A DNA stretch of 47,023 bases, taken from the NCBI GenBank assembly GCA_964416755.1, contig CAYQFH010000006.1, positions 1-47,023 on the forward strand. The letters are read 5' to 3'. This document shows positions 35,905 to 45,478 of this stretch, piece by piece. Position 1 is the stretch's first letter; each line of letters begins with the position of its first letter. Made by a program: the position numbers and the translations under genes. A model generated the notes under the pieces. The model searched no databases. It saw only the letters and a program-made list of their open reading frames with translations, and was not told where the DNA came from. Origin of the DNA: an uncultured Piscirickettsiaceae bacterium. GTDB lineage: Bacteria; Pseudomonadota; Gammaproteobacteria; GCF-002020875.

Positions 35905-37779
35905 ATGATTAATCAATACCCCCTATGGAAGTATCTGCTGATCGGATGGGCGGTGCTGACTGCGGCCACCTATGCACTGCCCAACCTCTATGGTGAAGAT
36001 CCTGCAGTACAGGTCTCGCTCTCCGAGCGCGGTACCATGCCGGTGGATACCGCAGAGCGCATCACGGCGCTGCTGGATCGGCAGTCGGTTTCCTATAAGT
36101 CGGTAGCGCAGGAGGGGGATAAGCTGCTGGCCCGTTTCCACAATACCGGGGATCAGCTGGTGGCACTCGACCTGATCCGTAATCAGTTGGGTGATGGGTT
36201 TATCTCTGCGCTCAATCTGGCGCAGACCACACCGGAGTGGTTGCGTGGTCTGGGAGGAGAACCGATGTACCTCGGTCTGGATTTGCGTGGTGGTGTCCAC
36301 TTTCTGATGGAGGTGGATATGGATGCGGCGATCACCAAGGCAGAGGAGCGTTACGTCAGTGATCTGCGGGTGATTCTGCGCAAAGAGAAGATCCGCTATA
36401 AGCGCATCACTCGCAATAATGGAGGCGGTGTGCTGCTCAGCTTTACAGATAGAACTGTGCTTGAGACGGCGATGAAACGGATCGAGCAGGAGTATCCGCG
36501 TCTGCTGATGCGTGAATTGGAGGCGGCAGGTACAGTTGAGCTGCTGCTGACCATTAGCGAACAGGAGATTGATGAGGCCCGCAAGTTTGCGCTACAGCAG
36601 AATATTACTACGCTGCGTAACCGCGTCAATGAACTGGGTGTGGCGGAGCCGGTAATTCAACAGCAGGGCAAGAACCGCATTGTAGTGCAATTGCCGGGGG
36701 TTCAGGATACCGCACGTGCCAAGGAGATTCTGGGCGCGACGGCAACGCTGGAGTTTCGTCTGGTCTCCGAGGGCAATGACCCTTACGAAGCGGCATCCAG
36801 CGGACGTGTGCCTGCAGGTGCATTGCTCTACAAGGAGCGAGACGGCAATCCGGTACTGTTGAAGCGCCGTGTACTGTTGACCGGTGAGTCGATTATCGAT
36901 GCCTCCTCCGGTATCGAGCAGCAATCGGGCAGTGCCGCAGTATTCATTACCCTGGATGGCAAGGGTGCGCGCCGCATGTCCAACGGTACCCGTGACAACA
37001 TCGGTAAACGCATGGCTGTGGTCTTTATCGAGAGCAAGAGCGAAACTCAGGTTCGAAAAACAGAACAGGGTGAGGAGCGCATCAAGGTGCGCAAGACCAA
37101 GCAGGAGGTGATCAATGTTGCGGTCATTCGTGATCAGCTCGGAAAACGCTTCCAGGTAACCGGACTGGATAGCACTGAAGAGGCGAGAGACCTGGCGCTA
37201 CTGCTGCGTGCCGGTGCGCTGGCGGTGCCGATGGAGATCGTTGAAGAGCGTACTGTCGGCCCAAGTCTGGGTCAGGACAATATCGACAAGGGCTTCCTCT
37301 CGGTGATGATCGGCTTTTTACTGGTGCTGGTCTTTATGGCGGTCTACTACAAGACCTTCGGGCTGGTGGCCAATCTGGCACTGACCCTCAATCTGGTGCT
37401 GATTGTGGCGGTATTGTCGATGATCCAGGCGACACTGACCCTGCCCGGTATTGCCGGTATCGTATTGACGGTCGGTATGGCGGTTGATGCTAACGTGCTG
37501 ATCTTCGAACGTATCCGTGAGGAGTTGCGCATTGGCAACACCCCGCAGGCCAGTATCCATGCAGGATATGACAAGGCCTTCTCCACCATCATGGATGCCA
37601 ACGTTACGACGCTGATCGCGGCAATCGTACTGTTTGTCTTTGGTACCGGGCCGATCAAAGGGTTTGCGGTGACGCTCTCTATCGGTATCGTCACCTCGAT
37701 GTTTACCGCCATCATGGGGACACGCGCGGTGATCAATCTGATCTACGGTGGCCGTAAGGTCGAGCAGTTATCCATCTAG
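35905..37779 (+). CDS. secD: Protein translocase subunit SecD
   Basis: Large periplasmic loop and C-terminal six-TM SecD pattern (LGLDLRGGVHFLMEVD..., VEERTVGPSLGQDNI, GIAGIVLTVGMAVDANVLIFERIREE). Confidence 0.96.
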   Translation: MINQYPLWKYLLIGWAVLTAATYALPNLYGEDPAVQVSLSERGTMPVDTAERITALLDRQSVSYKSVAQEGDKLLARFHNTGDQLVALDLIRNQLGDGFISALNLAQTTPEWLRGLGGEPMYLGLDLRGGVHFLMEVDMDAAITKAEERYVSDLRVILRKEKIRYKRITRNNGGGVLLSFTDRTVLETAMKRIEQEYPRLLMRELEAAGTVELLLTISEQEIDEARKFALQQNITTLRNRVNELGVAEPVIQQQGKNRIVVQLPGVQDTARAKEILGATATLEFRLVSEGNDPYEAASSGRVPAGALLYKERDGNPVLLKRRVLLTGESIIDASSGIEQQSGSAAVFITLDGKGARRMSNGTRDNIGKRMAVVFIESKSETQVRKTEQGEERIKVRKTKQEVINVAVIRDQLGKRFQVTGLDSTEEARDLALLLRAGALAVPMEIVEERTVGPSLGQDNIDKGFLSVMIGFLLVLVFMAVYYKTFGLVANLALTLNLVLIVAVLSMIQATLTLPGIAGIVLTVGMAVDANVLIFERIREELRIGNTPQASIHAGYDKAFSTIMDANVTTLIAAIVLFVFGTGPIKGFAVTLSIGIVTSMFTAIMGTRAVINLIYGGRKVEQLSI

Positions 37780-37806
37780 GTTTGGAGCCATTTTTGGAAT
37801 AAGACA

Positions 37807-38742
37807 ATGCAGATTATCAAGGAAGGACTTGGATTGGACTTTATGGGCAAGCGTGGTCTGGCTGCGCTTGTCTCGGCAGTGCTGATCGTTATTGCGCTGG
37901 GTTCACTCTTTACGTTGAAGCTCAATCCGGGAATCGACTTTACCGGCGGTACCCTGATTGAGGTGGGCTACAGTGCCCCCGCAGAGCTGAACCAGATTCG
38001 TGCTGCACTGGATGGTGCCGGTCTGGATGGTGCTGTGGTGCAACATTTCGGTACCGCACAGGATGTACTGATCCGCATCGCACCACGTGAGGGGATGAAG
38101 TCGGCTGAGCTGAGTAGTACCGTGCTCAGTACCCTGAAGAGCACTGGTGAGGTCAGTATGCGTCGTGTTGAATTTGTCGGTCCACAGGTGGGTGATGAGC
38201 TGACCGAGGATGGTGGTTTGGCGGTGCTCTTTTCTCTGTTTGCGATCTTGATCTATGTGGCACTGCGCTTCGAATATCGTTTCTCGGTGGGGGCAGTGGC
38301 GGCGCTGGTGCATGATGTGGTCATCACACTGGGCATCTTTTCGCTGCTGCAGATCGAGTTTGACCTGACGGTACTGGCGGCCATTCTGGCGGTGATCGGT
38401 TACTCGCTGAATGATACCATTGTGGTGTTTGACCGTATTCGTGAGAACTTCCGCAAGCTGCGCAAGGGAACGCCAACCGAGGTGATCAACTTTTCTCTTA
38501 ATCAGACCCTGTCACGTACTCTGATGACTTCGGCCACCACCCTGATTGTACTACTGGCACTCTTCTTCCTTGGGGGGGAGATCATCCATGGATTCGCTCT
38601 GGCGTTGATTGTCGGTGTAATAGTCGGAACTTACTCCTCGATCTATGTCGCCAGTAACACCATTCTGGCGTTGGGAATCAGTAAAGAGGATCTGATGCAG
38701 CCGGAGAAGGAGGGGGCGGATCAGCCCGATTCAGTGGTCTGA
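37807..38742 (+). CDS. secF: Protein translocase subunit SecF
   Basis: GIDFTGGTLIEV, VGPQVGDEL, and IGYSLNDTIVVFDRIREN. Confidence 0.96.
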   Translation: MQIIKEGLGLDFMGKRGLAALVSAVLIVIALGSLFTLKLNPGIDFTGGTLIEVGYSAPAELNQIRAALDGAGLDGAVVQHFGTAQDVLIRIAPREGMKSAELSSTVLSTLKSTGEVSMRRVEFVGPQVGDELTEDGGLAVLFSLFAILIYVALRFEYRFSVGAVAALVHDVVITLGIFSLLQIEFDLTVLAAILAVIGYSLNDTIVVFDRIRENFRKLRKGTPTEVINFSLNQTLSRTLMTSATTLIVLLALFFLGGEIIHGFALALIVGVIVGTYSSIYVASNTILALGISKEDLMQPEKEGADQPDSVV

Positions 38743-40082
38743 TCTTTTCCGTTCAGCGTATTCAGCATCGGTTTGAGATGCTTCAGTGTCAGATAGAGCA
38801 GTGCGGGCAGATGGAAAAGCAGCACTACAGCAATCACCAGATCGGCCAGTGACCAGATGGTGATGACTGGAATCAGTGGACCGAGGAAAGTGACCACAAT
38901 AAAGAGGTAACGAAAGTTGCGAACAGAGCCTCTGCTCAGATAACCGTAACAGCGCTCTGCAAAGTAGGAGAGATTGATGATAGAGGTGAAGGCAAACAGC
39001 GTCAGTGCCACCACCACAATCCATTTGCCACCATCGCCATAGAAGTTCTCGAACGAGAGTGAGGTGAGATAGGCTCCATTGAACTCCATCCAGTAACCGC
39101 CACTCAATACCACCAGGCCGGTGATGGTGCAGATGATCAGCGTATCTACGGCGGGAACCAGTGCAGCGAAGAGCATGTTGCGGCGTGCCCCTTCACTGTT
39201 GGAGGCGTGCAGAAATGGAGCAAACCCAAGCCCTGATCCATGGGAGAAGACGCCACGAGATACACCAAACTGCATCGCCTGCAGTACGCTATAACCGACA
39301 ACACCGCCTGCTATCGACCAGGGGGAAAATGCCGACTCAAACACATTCGACAGCTGTTGCAGTGTCTCGGCAGGGTTGCTCAGCAGAATGATCAATCCGG
39401 CTCCCACATAGAGCAGTAGCATCCATGGCATCAGACTGACGCTCATCTTCACGATGCGCTGCAATCCTCCAAGGATGATAATGGCCACCAGCGAGGCAAA
39501 CAGAATGGCGACCAGGATGTTGGAGGTGCCAATCTCATTCTCCAGCGCGTGTGCCACGGAGTTGGTCTGGATTGCATTGGCAAAGAGTCCGGTTAGCAGA
39601 ATTGCGGCTGCAATCAGGCCGGGAAGCCAGTTCCAGTAACGACTCTTCTTGAAGGCGGGATCAAGGTAACTCATCGGTGTCGACCAGGCTGGATGATCCG
39701 GGTCAGCGGACTGATGGTGTAGCGTCAGCCAGGTAGAACTCATGCGAAAGCTCATGCCGACCAAGGCAGAGACCCACATCCAGAAGAGGGCACCGGGGCC
39801 GCCGAGGTGGATGGCTGTACTGACTCCGGCAAGATTACCGACTCCGACGGTAGAGGAGAGTGCGGTAATGAATGCATATCTGGATGAGATGGTTCGTTGA
39901 TGGGGAGTACTGGCAGATTCTGATGGCTGGAAGAGATTCCTGAACTCGGTTTTGACAAAATCGATCAATGCACGCCATGCAATAAAGCGGCTCAATAACA
40001 GAATCAGCAACCCCACCTCCAGATAGAGGAAGGTGAGCAGAGGGTTCCAGAGTGCTGCCGTGAGCTGATCCATGAGAGCCAT
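38721..40082 (-). CDS. Alanine/glycine:cation (sodium) symporter family transporter
   Basis: ~11 TM helices. AGCS-type motif LSSTVGVGNLAGVSTAIHLGGPGALFWMWVSALVGM. 453 aa. Its 3' end overlaps the secF 3' end by 22 nt (convergent). Confidence 0.6.
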   Translation of the reverse strand: MALMDQLTAALWNPLLTFLYLEVGLLILLLSRFIAWRALIDFVKTEFRNLFQPSESASTPHQRTISSRYAFITALSSTVGVGNLAGVSTAIHLGGPGALFWMWVSALVGMSFRMSSTWLTLHHQSADPDHPAWSTPMSYLDPAFKKSRYWNWLPGLIAAAILLTGLFANAIQTNSVAHALENEIGTSNILVAILFASLVAIIILGGLQRIVKMSVSLMPWMLLLYVGAGLIILLSNPAETLQQLSNVFESAFSPWSIAGGVVGYSVLQAMQFGVSRGVFSHGSGLGFAPFLHASNSEGARRNMLFAALVPAVDTLIICTITGLVVLSGGYWMEFNGAYLTSLSFENFYGDGGKWIVVVALTLFAFTSIINLSYFAERCYGYLSRGSVRNFRYLFIVVTFLGPLIPVITIWSLADLVIAVVLLFHLPALLYLTLKHLKPMLNTLNGKDQTTESG

Positions 40083-40167
40083 TATACCTTTACGCTATCC
40101 GGGTAGACTCCATATCTTGATGCTTTGTAACCATTTTTTTGTTACTGTCCGGTGTATAGGGCGGTAG

Positions 40168-42453
40168 ATGTTTGGCATCTTGGATGAGACTTTTGATGGG
40201 GACGTAATCTGGATGAATCTTCGTAGTGTATTACTGGTGGATGATGAGCAGCAAATTCTGGATACCTACCGTGTAATTCTGTCGGGGGAGGAGAGAGACC
40301 ATACACTGGATGAGTTGTCAGCCATAGTGGGGTTGACCGATGAGCCGGATGTGGAGGAGAGGGAAGTTTTCAAGTTGATTGAGGCAACCCAGGGGGAGGA
40401 AGCGCTGGAGAAGCAACGACAGGCGATGGCAGAGGGTAGTGCGCCGACGGTTGCGCTGGTGGACATGCGGATGCCGCCAGGCATTAACGGGTTGGAGACC
40501 TCGATTCGTCTGCGGCAACAGGATCCTTCAATTTTTATCATCATCATCACGGCGTACAGTGATGTTGAAAGCGATACCATGCAGCTGGCACTGCAGTATG
40601 ACTTTATGTTTCTGAAAAAGCCGGTTATTCCTGAAGAGCTCTATCAAATTGTGCGCAATGCGGCCAATGCCTACCAGAGCGGTGAACGGGGTATGGTCAA
40701 AAAAGAGCTTGATCCACCGCTTTATCTGGATGACCTCAGAAAACAGCAGGTATTGCTGGTCGATGATGAACCGATGATGCTGAAACTGGCAGAGGCGATT
40801 CTGGTGCAATATCTGCAAGTGACGGTGATCACTGCAAGTAGTGGGCAAGAGGCGCTGCAGTTGGCTCATAACCTCCATCCTGATCTGATTCTGCTCGATG
40901 TAAAGATGTCGGGTATGGATGGCTATACGACCTGTCAGGCGCTAAAGGCTGCAGACACAACCAAAGATATTCCGGTGATCTTTCTCACCGCGCAAAGTGG
41001 TGATGAACAGGTGATTAAAGGATTTCAGATGGGAGCAGTGGACTATGTCAGCAAGCCCTTCTCGAAACCGATTCTGGTGGCGAGAGTCTCCACCCATCTT
41101 AATCTCTACAAACAGAGCCGACGTCTGAAGATGCTCTCCACTACAGATAGCCTCACAGAGCTACCCAACCGTGCTGCATTTGAGACCTACCTGGAGATGC
41201 GCCTGCAGAGTGCGGCTGAGGAAAAAGAGAAGAGAGAAGATGGATCTATACCGCCTCATAGTTATTTTGCGCTGCTCTTTATCGATCTGGATCGCTTCAA
41301 GCCGGTCAATGATGAATTGGGGCATGAGGTAGGAGATCAGCTGCTGCAGGCTGTTGCCGGACGCTTGCGCAAGAATGTACGAGAGATGGATCTGATCTCA
41401 CGGATCGGTGGTGATGAGTTCGTGTTGATGGTAGGGGGAGATGTCACTGTTGAACATGTGGCTCTGGTGGCGGATAACCTGGTGGATGTTCTATGCCAGC
41501 CGTTTCATATCGAAGGGCATGCTATCCAGATTGGAGCCAGCGTCGGTAGTGCAATCTTTCCGATTGATGCTGAGGATGGCGAAACGCTACTGCACCATGC
41601 TGATATGGCGATGTATGAGGCCAAGGCGAAGGGGAGAAATTGTCACGTCTCTTTTTCCAGTGATTTTAAACAGCATCTTGAACAGCAGGAGCAGTTGATT
41701 CGTGATTTGAGAGTGGCTTTGGAAGAGGGACAGTTCAAGTTGCTGTTTCAGCCACGGTTTGAGTTGGAGTCACGGAAGGTCATTGGTGTCGATGCGCTGT
41801 TGCGCTGGAACCATCCACAGCGTGGATTGTTGGAGGCGAAGGAGTTTATTGATGTTCTGATGGAAGGGCGGCTGGGAGAGTTGGCGGAGCGTTCCGTGCT
41901 GAGGATGGTCTGTCAACAGATCAAGGAGTGGGAGGAGAGGTTCGGAGAATCTCCGGTGATTACGGTCAATCTCTCTGAGGATCGTTTTAATCTGCGGGAT
42001 CTCGATCAACATATCTTGAATATAGTGGAAGAGATCGGGCTGTCCGAAAAGGGGATGTCGGCGCTTGAATTTGATGTGAGTGAGGCGTTGCTACTGAAAC
42101 AGCCGGAGTTTGCCATGGAGCAGTTGCAAAGGCTGAACCAATTGGGGACAAAAATTGTGTTGGGTGATGCCTGTGAAAAGAGTTTATCGATAGAGTGGTT
42201 AATACGGTTCCCGTTGAGTGGTCTCAAACTCAGCCGTTCCATGGTAGAACGGATTGGTGATGTTCAGGGTGAGCAGGTATTGAAGGCCACGCTCTGTGTT
42301 GCCAGAGAGTTGAATTACCCGGTGGCTGCCGAGGGAATCGAGAGCGAAGTACAACTTGCTTTTCTGCAGCAGGTGGGGTGTAGTGCTGGCTCAGGGTATC
42401 ATCTACACACTACGGTAAGCGGTGATGAGATCGCGGCACTGATCTCCGGATAA
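40168..42453 (+). CDS. Dual-receiver GGDEF-EAL protein (intact GGDEF with I-site, degenerate EAL)
   Basis: REC1 (VLLVDDEQQ...VALVDMRMPPGINGLE...KKP, with an insertion). REC2 (VLLVDDEPMM...LILLDVKMSGMDG...KPF). GGDEF domain (NRAAF...DLDRFKPVNDELGHEVGD...REMDLISRIGGDEFV). EAL-like domain with DALLRW, LGDACEKS and KLSRS in place of EALLRW, DDFGTG and K-x-D. The start could be the MNLRS at 40213. Confidence 0.85.
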   Translation: MFGILDETFDGDVIWMNLRSVLLVDDEQQILDTYRVILSGEERDHTLDELSAIVGLTDEPDVEEREVFKLIEATQGEEALEKQRQAMAEGSAPTVALVDMRMPPGINGLETSIRLRQQDPSIFIIIITAYSDVESDTMQLALQYDFMFLKKPVIPEELYQIVRNAANAYQSGERGMVKKELDPPLYLDDLRKQQVLLVDDEPMMLKLAEAILVQYLQVTVITASSGQEALQLAHNLHPDLILLDVKMSGMDGYTTCQALKAADTTKDIPVIFLTAQSGDEQVIKGFQMGAVDYVSKPFSKPILVARVSTHLNLYKQSRRLKMLSTTDSLTELPNRAAFETYLEMRLQSAAEEKEKREDGSIPPHSYFALLFIDLDRFKPVNDELGHEVGDQLLQAVAGRLRKNVREMDLISRIGGDEFVLMVGGDVTVEHVALVADNLVDVLCQPFHIEGHAIQIGASVGSAIFPIDAEDGETLLHHADMAMYEAKAKGRNCHVSFSSDFKQHLEQQEQLIRDLRVALEEGQFKLLFQPRFELESRKVIGVDALLRWNHPQRGLLEAKEFIDVLMEGRLGELAERSVLRMVCQQIKEWEERFGESPVITVNLSEDRFNLRDLDQHILNIVEEIGLSEKGMSALEFDVSEALLLKQPEFAMEQLQRLNQLGTKIVLGDACEKSLSIEWLIRFPLSGLKLSRSMVERIGDVQGEQVLKATLCVARELNYPVAAEGIESEVQLAFLQQVGCSAGSGYHLHTTVSGDEIAALISG

Positions 42454-42462
42454 GTTTGAGTA

Positions 42463-43074
42463 CTAGAAACTCCACTCTTTCTGAGTGCGTGCGTAGTAGA
42501 AGCGATAGCCTAATAGCGCAGTCAGGAATGCGGCGTAACCCAGCACGTCAGTAGGGTTCCAGGTGCGCAGCAGGAAGTAGTGGACAATGGTGAGGAAGGT
42601 GACTGCGTAGACCATCGAGTGGATCCTCTTCCAGTTGCGCCCCAATGCACGCATGCGGCTATCGTTTGCAGTCAGGGCAATCGGCAGCATCAACAGCCAG
42701 GCGAGGAAGCCAACTGTTACATAAGGCAGCTTCACTACATCCATGGCAAATTCAGTGAGGATAAAGGTATCTTCACGCCAGATGTAGATCAGGAAGTGCA
42801 GCGTGGCGTAGAAAAAGGCAAATAGTCCAAAGGTGCGCCTGAATTTAAGCAGAGAATTCCAGCCAAAGGTGCGGCGCAGTGGAGTGACTGAGAGAGTGAT
42901 CAGCAGGAAAACCAGTGAAGCCTCTCCAGTAATGCCGATAATCTCCCAGGAGGGGTAGTCCCCATAGCGGCCCGTCAGCGCATACCATGCCATCTCATAG
43001 AGTGGATAGAGACTCAACACGAAGATGATAATCTTCTGTAATTGCAGTTGGGGATCGTGACCAGATGCGCTCAT
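42463..43074 (-). CDS. msrQ: MsrQ/YedZ-like ferric-reductase-type haem-binding membrane protein
   Basis: ~200 aa, six TM helices. LLITLSVTPLRRTFGWNSLLKFRRTFGLFAFFYATLHFLIYIW is the YedZ-family pattern with conserved His residues. Confidence 0.55.
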   Translation of the reverse strand: MSASGHDPQLQLQKIIIFVLSLYPLYEMAWYALTGRYGDYPSWEIIGITGEASLVFLLITLSVTPLRRTFGWNSLLKFRRTFGLFAFFYATLHFLIYIWREDTFILTEFAMDVVKLPYVTVGFLAWLLMLPIALTANDSRMRALGRNWKRIHSMVYAVTFLTIVHYFLLRTWNPTDVLGYAAFLTALLGYRFYYARTQKEWSF

Positions 43075-43083
43075 GGCGAGGAA

Positions 43084-43638
43084 TTATATACTTGCGTCAC
43101 CGGCAGTTTCAATGATTTTACCCTCTACTCCAAACAGTTGGGTATAGATCTCACGCAGTCGTTCAGCATCCTGTCGAGTGGCGGGTGTGTCATCTGTCAG
43201 TAGCAGGATATTCTCTCCCTGCTCTGGTGCAGGTGTGATCTTGATGGGGAGGGGGCGTTGACGGATTTTCTCGATAATCTGTGTGGTCTCCGGTAGATCC
43301 TGTTGCAACTGCAGTTGTACCTGAAAATGGGTTCTGGGAGTGTCAGTGGCAACAGGGTGTGAACTCACTGAGGAGGGGGGGGCTACTGGTGCAGTAGAGT
43401 GTGTCACTTCCGAAAGTGGATACAGATACCAGACAGTGGGCAGCAGTATGATAAGGAGCAACAGGCTGTATTTTCTGCGCTGGTTGCTCCGTTCCACCTG
43501 TGCGGCGGCCTGAAGCCACTGTTTGAGACGAGATCTTGGTCGCTTTCCCTTTGTCTGTTGCAGTTTTTCGAAACGTTTCTGAATCCGCTTCAGGGTTCTC
43601 TGCTGATAACGCTCTTTGAACTGTTGTTTGAGGCTCAT
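43084..43638 (-). CDS. Basic N-terminus, single-TM protein of unknown function
   Basis: Lys/Arg/Gln-rich N-terminus, a TM (YSLLLLIILLPTVWYLY), and a ~100-aa C-terminal domain. No family recognised. Confidence 0.4.
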   Translation of the reverse strand: MSLKQQFKERYQQRTLKRIQKRFEKLQQTKGKRPRSRLKQWLQAAAQVERSNQRRKYSLLLLIILLPTVWYLYPLSEVTHSTAPVAPPSSVSSHPVATDTPRTHFQVQLQLQQDLPETTQIIEKIRQRPLPIKITPAPEQGENILLLTDDTPATRQDAERLREIYTQLFGVEGKIIETAGDASI

Positions 43639-43653
43639 AGAGAGGGAGAGTGG

Positions 43654-43956
43654 TTATCCGAGGATCAACTTTGCCTGCTCATCGATATAGCGTTCCACTT
43701 TTCCCTGAAACAGGCCGGCAAGCATCGGCAGTTCAATCTCGATGGTGATCGCTGTTTCAGAGAGCGTGACAGCCCCCTTGATCGAGAATCCAGAGTAGTC
43801 ACCGCCCAGATTGTAGCGGTCTCCATCACGCTCAAAACGGATGCCGCTGCCGGACTGGTTGGAACCGGTTTCAACATTGGCCTGTTGGAGCACCTTCTCA
43901 TGCAGTCGTTCCAGTGGTAACTGGTGTGCAAACTGTTTTCGAACCCGTTTTCCCAT
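43654..43956 (-). CDS. Small soluble protein, possibly of the polyhydroxyalkanoic-acid-system (PHA_gran_rgn-like) family
   Basis: 100 aa. Pattern F-R-G...GF-KG-V-L-E-A-T-E-ELP-L-LF-KVE-I resembles the ~90-aa putative PHA system protein family. Weak assignment from memory. Confidence 0.3.
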   Translation of the reverse strand: MGKRVRKQFAHQLPLERLHEKVLQQANVETGSNQSGSGIRFERDGDRYNLGGDYSGFSIKGAVTLSETAITIEIELPMLAGLFQGKVERYIDEQAKLILG

Positions 43957-44012
43957 CGCTTTTTAATAACCTTTGCTTTTCTCTAAATTGATGGGGAAGT
44001 ATACTCGCGCGC

Positions 44013-45449
44013 ATGAAATATTCACAACAGATGGAACGTCGTCTGCAGGTGCTGGAGCAACATCTGCAGGAGGAGAATCCGGTACTGCTGGATGTGGTCA
44101 AAAGCTTTCGTCAGCTTGATCGGGTGGCGCATCAGATGGGTTTTATCTCGCCGGATGACTCCTATGCGACTCATGTCTCCTGGTGGCCGCTGATCTCCGT
44201 ATTGGGTACTTTTTCTGCGGGTAAATCCAGTTTCATAAACAGCTATTTGGGGGTTAAACTTCAACAGACAGGTAATCAGGCGGTGGATGATAAATTCACT
44301 GTGGTGACCTACACTCAGGACAGTAAACCACGCACCATTCCCGGGCGTGCACTGGACGCTGACCCCCGTTTCCCGTTCTTCCATATCAGTCACGATATCG
44401 AGGAGGTGGAGTCCGGAGAGGGGGATCGAATTGATGCCTATTTGCAGCTCAAGACGGCACCGAGTGATGTATTGAAAGGTCGCATTCTGATCGACTCTCC
44501 GGGGTTTGATGCCGACCAGCAGCGTACCGCAACACTGCGTATTACCGACCGTATGATTGATCTCTCTGATCTGGTGCTGGTCTTCTTTGATGCGCGCCAC
44601 CCTGAGCCGGGGGCGATGAAAGATACTCTACAGCACCTGGTTGCCGAGGCGAGACAGCGCCATGACTCCAACAAATTTCTCTACATTCTCAACCAGATCG
44701 ATGTGACTGCCCGGGAGGATAATCCTGAGGAGGTGGTGGCGGCCTGGCAGCGGGCGCTCTCCCAGCAAGGGCTCACCACGGGTCGCTTCTTCCGTATCTA
44801 CAATCCTGAGGTGGCCTTTCCGATTGAGGATGAGGCTTTGCGTGAGCGTTTTGAGCGCAAGCGGGATGAGGATCTTTCTGAGATTCAGGATCGTGTCGAC
44901 CAACTCGATATTGAGCGGGCCTACCGTATTGTTGGTATGTTGACCCACACTGCACGCTCCATTCAGGAGCGTTGGTCCCCGAAACTGAAATCATTGGGGA
45001 GGGAGTGGCGGCACAAGGTGCTGGTGGGGGATGCTGTGGCCGCTGGGGTGGTGGTAGTGGCGCTGCTGCTGTTGAGTTTGCAACAGGGGTGGTGGGATGG
45101 CCTCAGTTTTCAGCCTCCATTTGAACTGTCTATTACACTGTTTGCGGGAGGTGCTGTATTGGCGCTGTTGGCTCACTTTGGAGTACGGCGCTGGATTGCC
45201 AACCGTATTGTCAAACGGATGCGAAGAGAAGGTGGGGAGACACCCTCCTCGGAGATTGAAGGGGTGGTAGCTGCATTCCGTCGTAATACGCGGCCCTGGT
45301 TCTCGATCTTTCACCCCTTCCCGGTGGGTTGGAACCTCTTCTCACGCAAGAAGATCAGTCAGGTATTGCTGGATGCGGACGACTACATTCAGTCACTGAA
45401 TGATCGCTTTACCGACCCTTCCGGAAAAAGAGAGATTGAGCAGAACTGA
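44013..45449 (+). CDS. Dynamin-family-like membrane-associated GTPase
   Basis: G1 GTFSAGKSSFINSYLG, G3 LIDSPGFD, G4 LNQID. Helical stalk-like region and two C-terminal hydrophobic segments (AAGVVVVALLLLSL, ITLFAGGAVLALLAHF). Confidence 0.6.
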   Translation: MKYSQQMERRLQVLEQHLQEENPVLLDVVKSFRQLDRVAHQMGFISPDDSYATHVSWWPLISVLGTFSAGKSSFINSYLGVKLQQTGNQAVDDKFTVVTYTQDSKPRTIPGRALDADPRFPFFHISHDIEEVESGEGDRIDAYLQLKTAPSDVLKGRILIDSPGFDADQQRTATLRITDRMIDLSDLVLVFFDARHPEPGAMKDTLQHLVAEARQRHDSNKFLYILNQIDVTAREDNPEEVVAAWQRALSQQGLTTGRFFRIYNPEVAFPIEDEALRERFERKRDEDLSEIQDRVDQLDIERAYRIVGMLTHTARSIQERWSPKLKSLGREWRHKVLVGDAVAAGVVVVALLLLSLQQGWWDGLSFQPPFELSITLFAGGAVLALLAHFGVRRWIANRIVKRMRREGGETPSSEIEGVVAAFRRNTRPWFSIFHPFPVGWNLFSRKKISQVLLDADDYIQSLNDRFTDPSGKREIEQN

Positions 45450-45478
45450 TCTGCTGATTAAGGCTGGATGACCGAGTG

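Noticed and set aside
43375-43382. A G8 homopolymer (C8 on the coding strand) in the middle of the 184-aa unknown gene, considered as a phase-variation tract.
   Set aside because: Its mid-gene position encodes Pro-Pro. Similar G7 runs occur in fleR (3936-3942) and fliI, so it is probably codon-driven.
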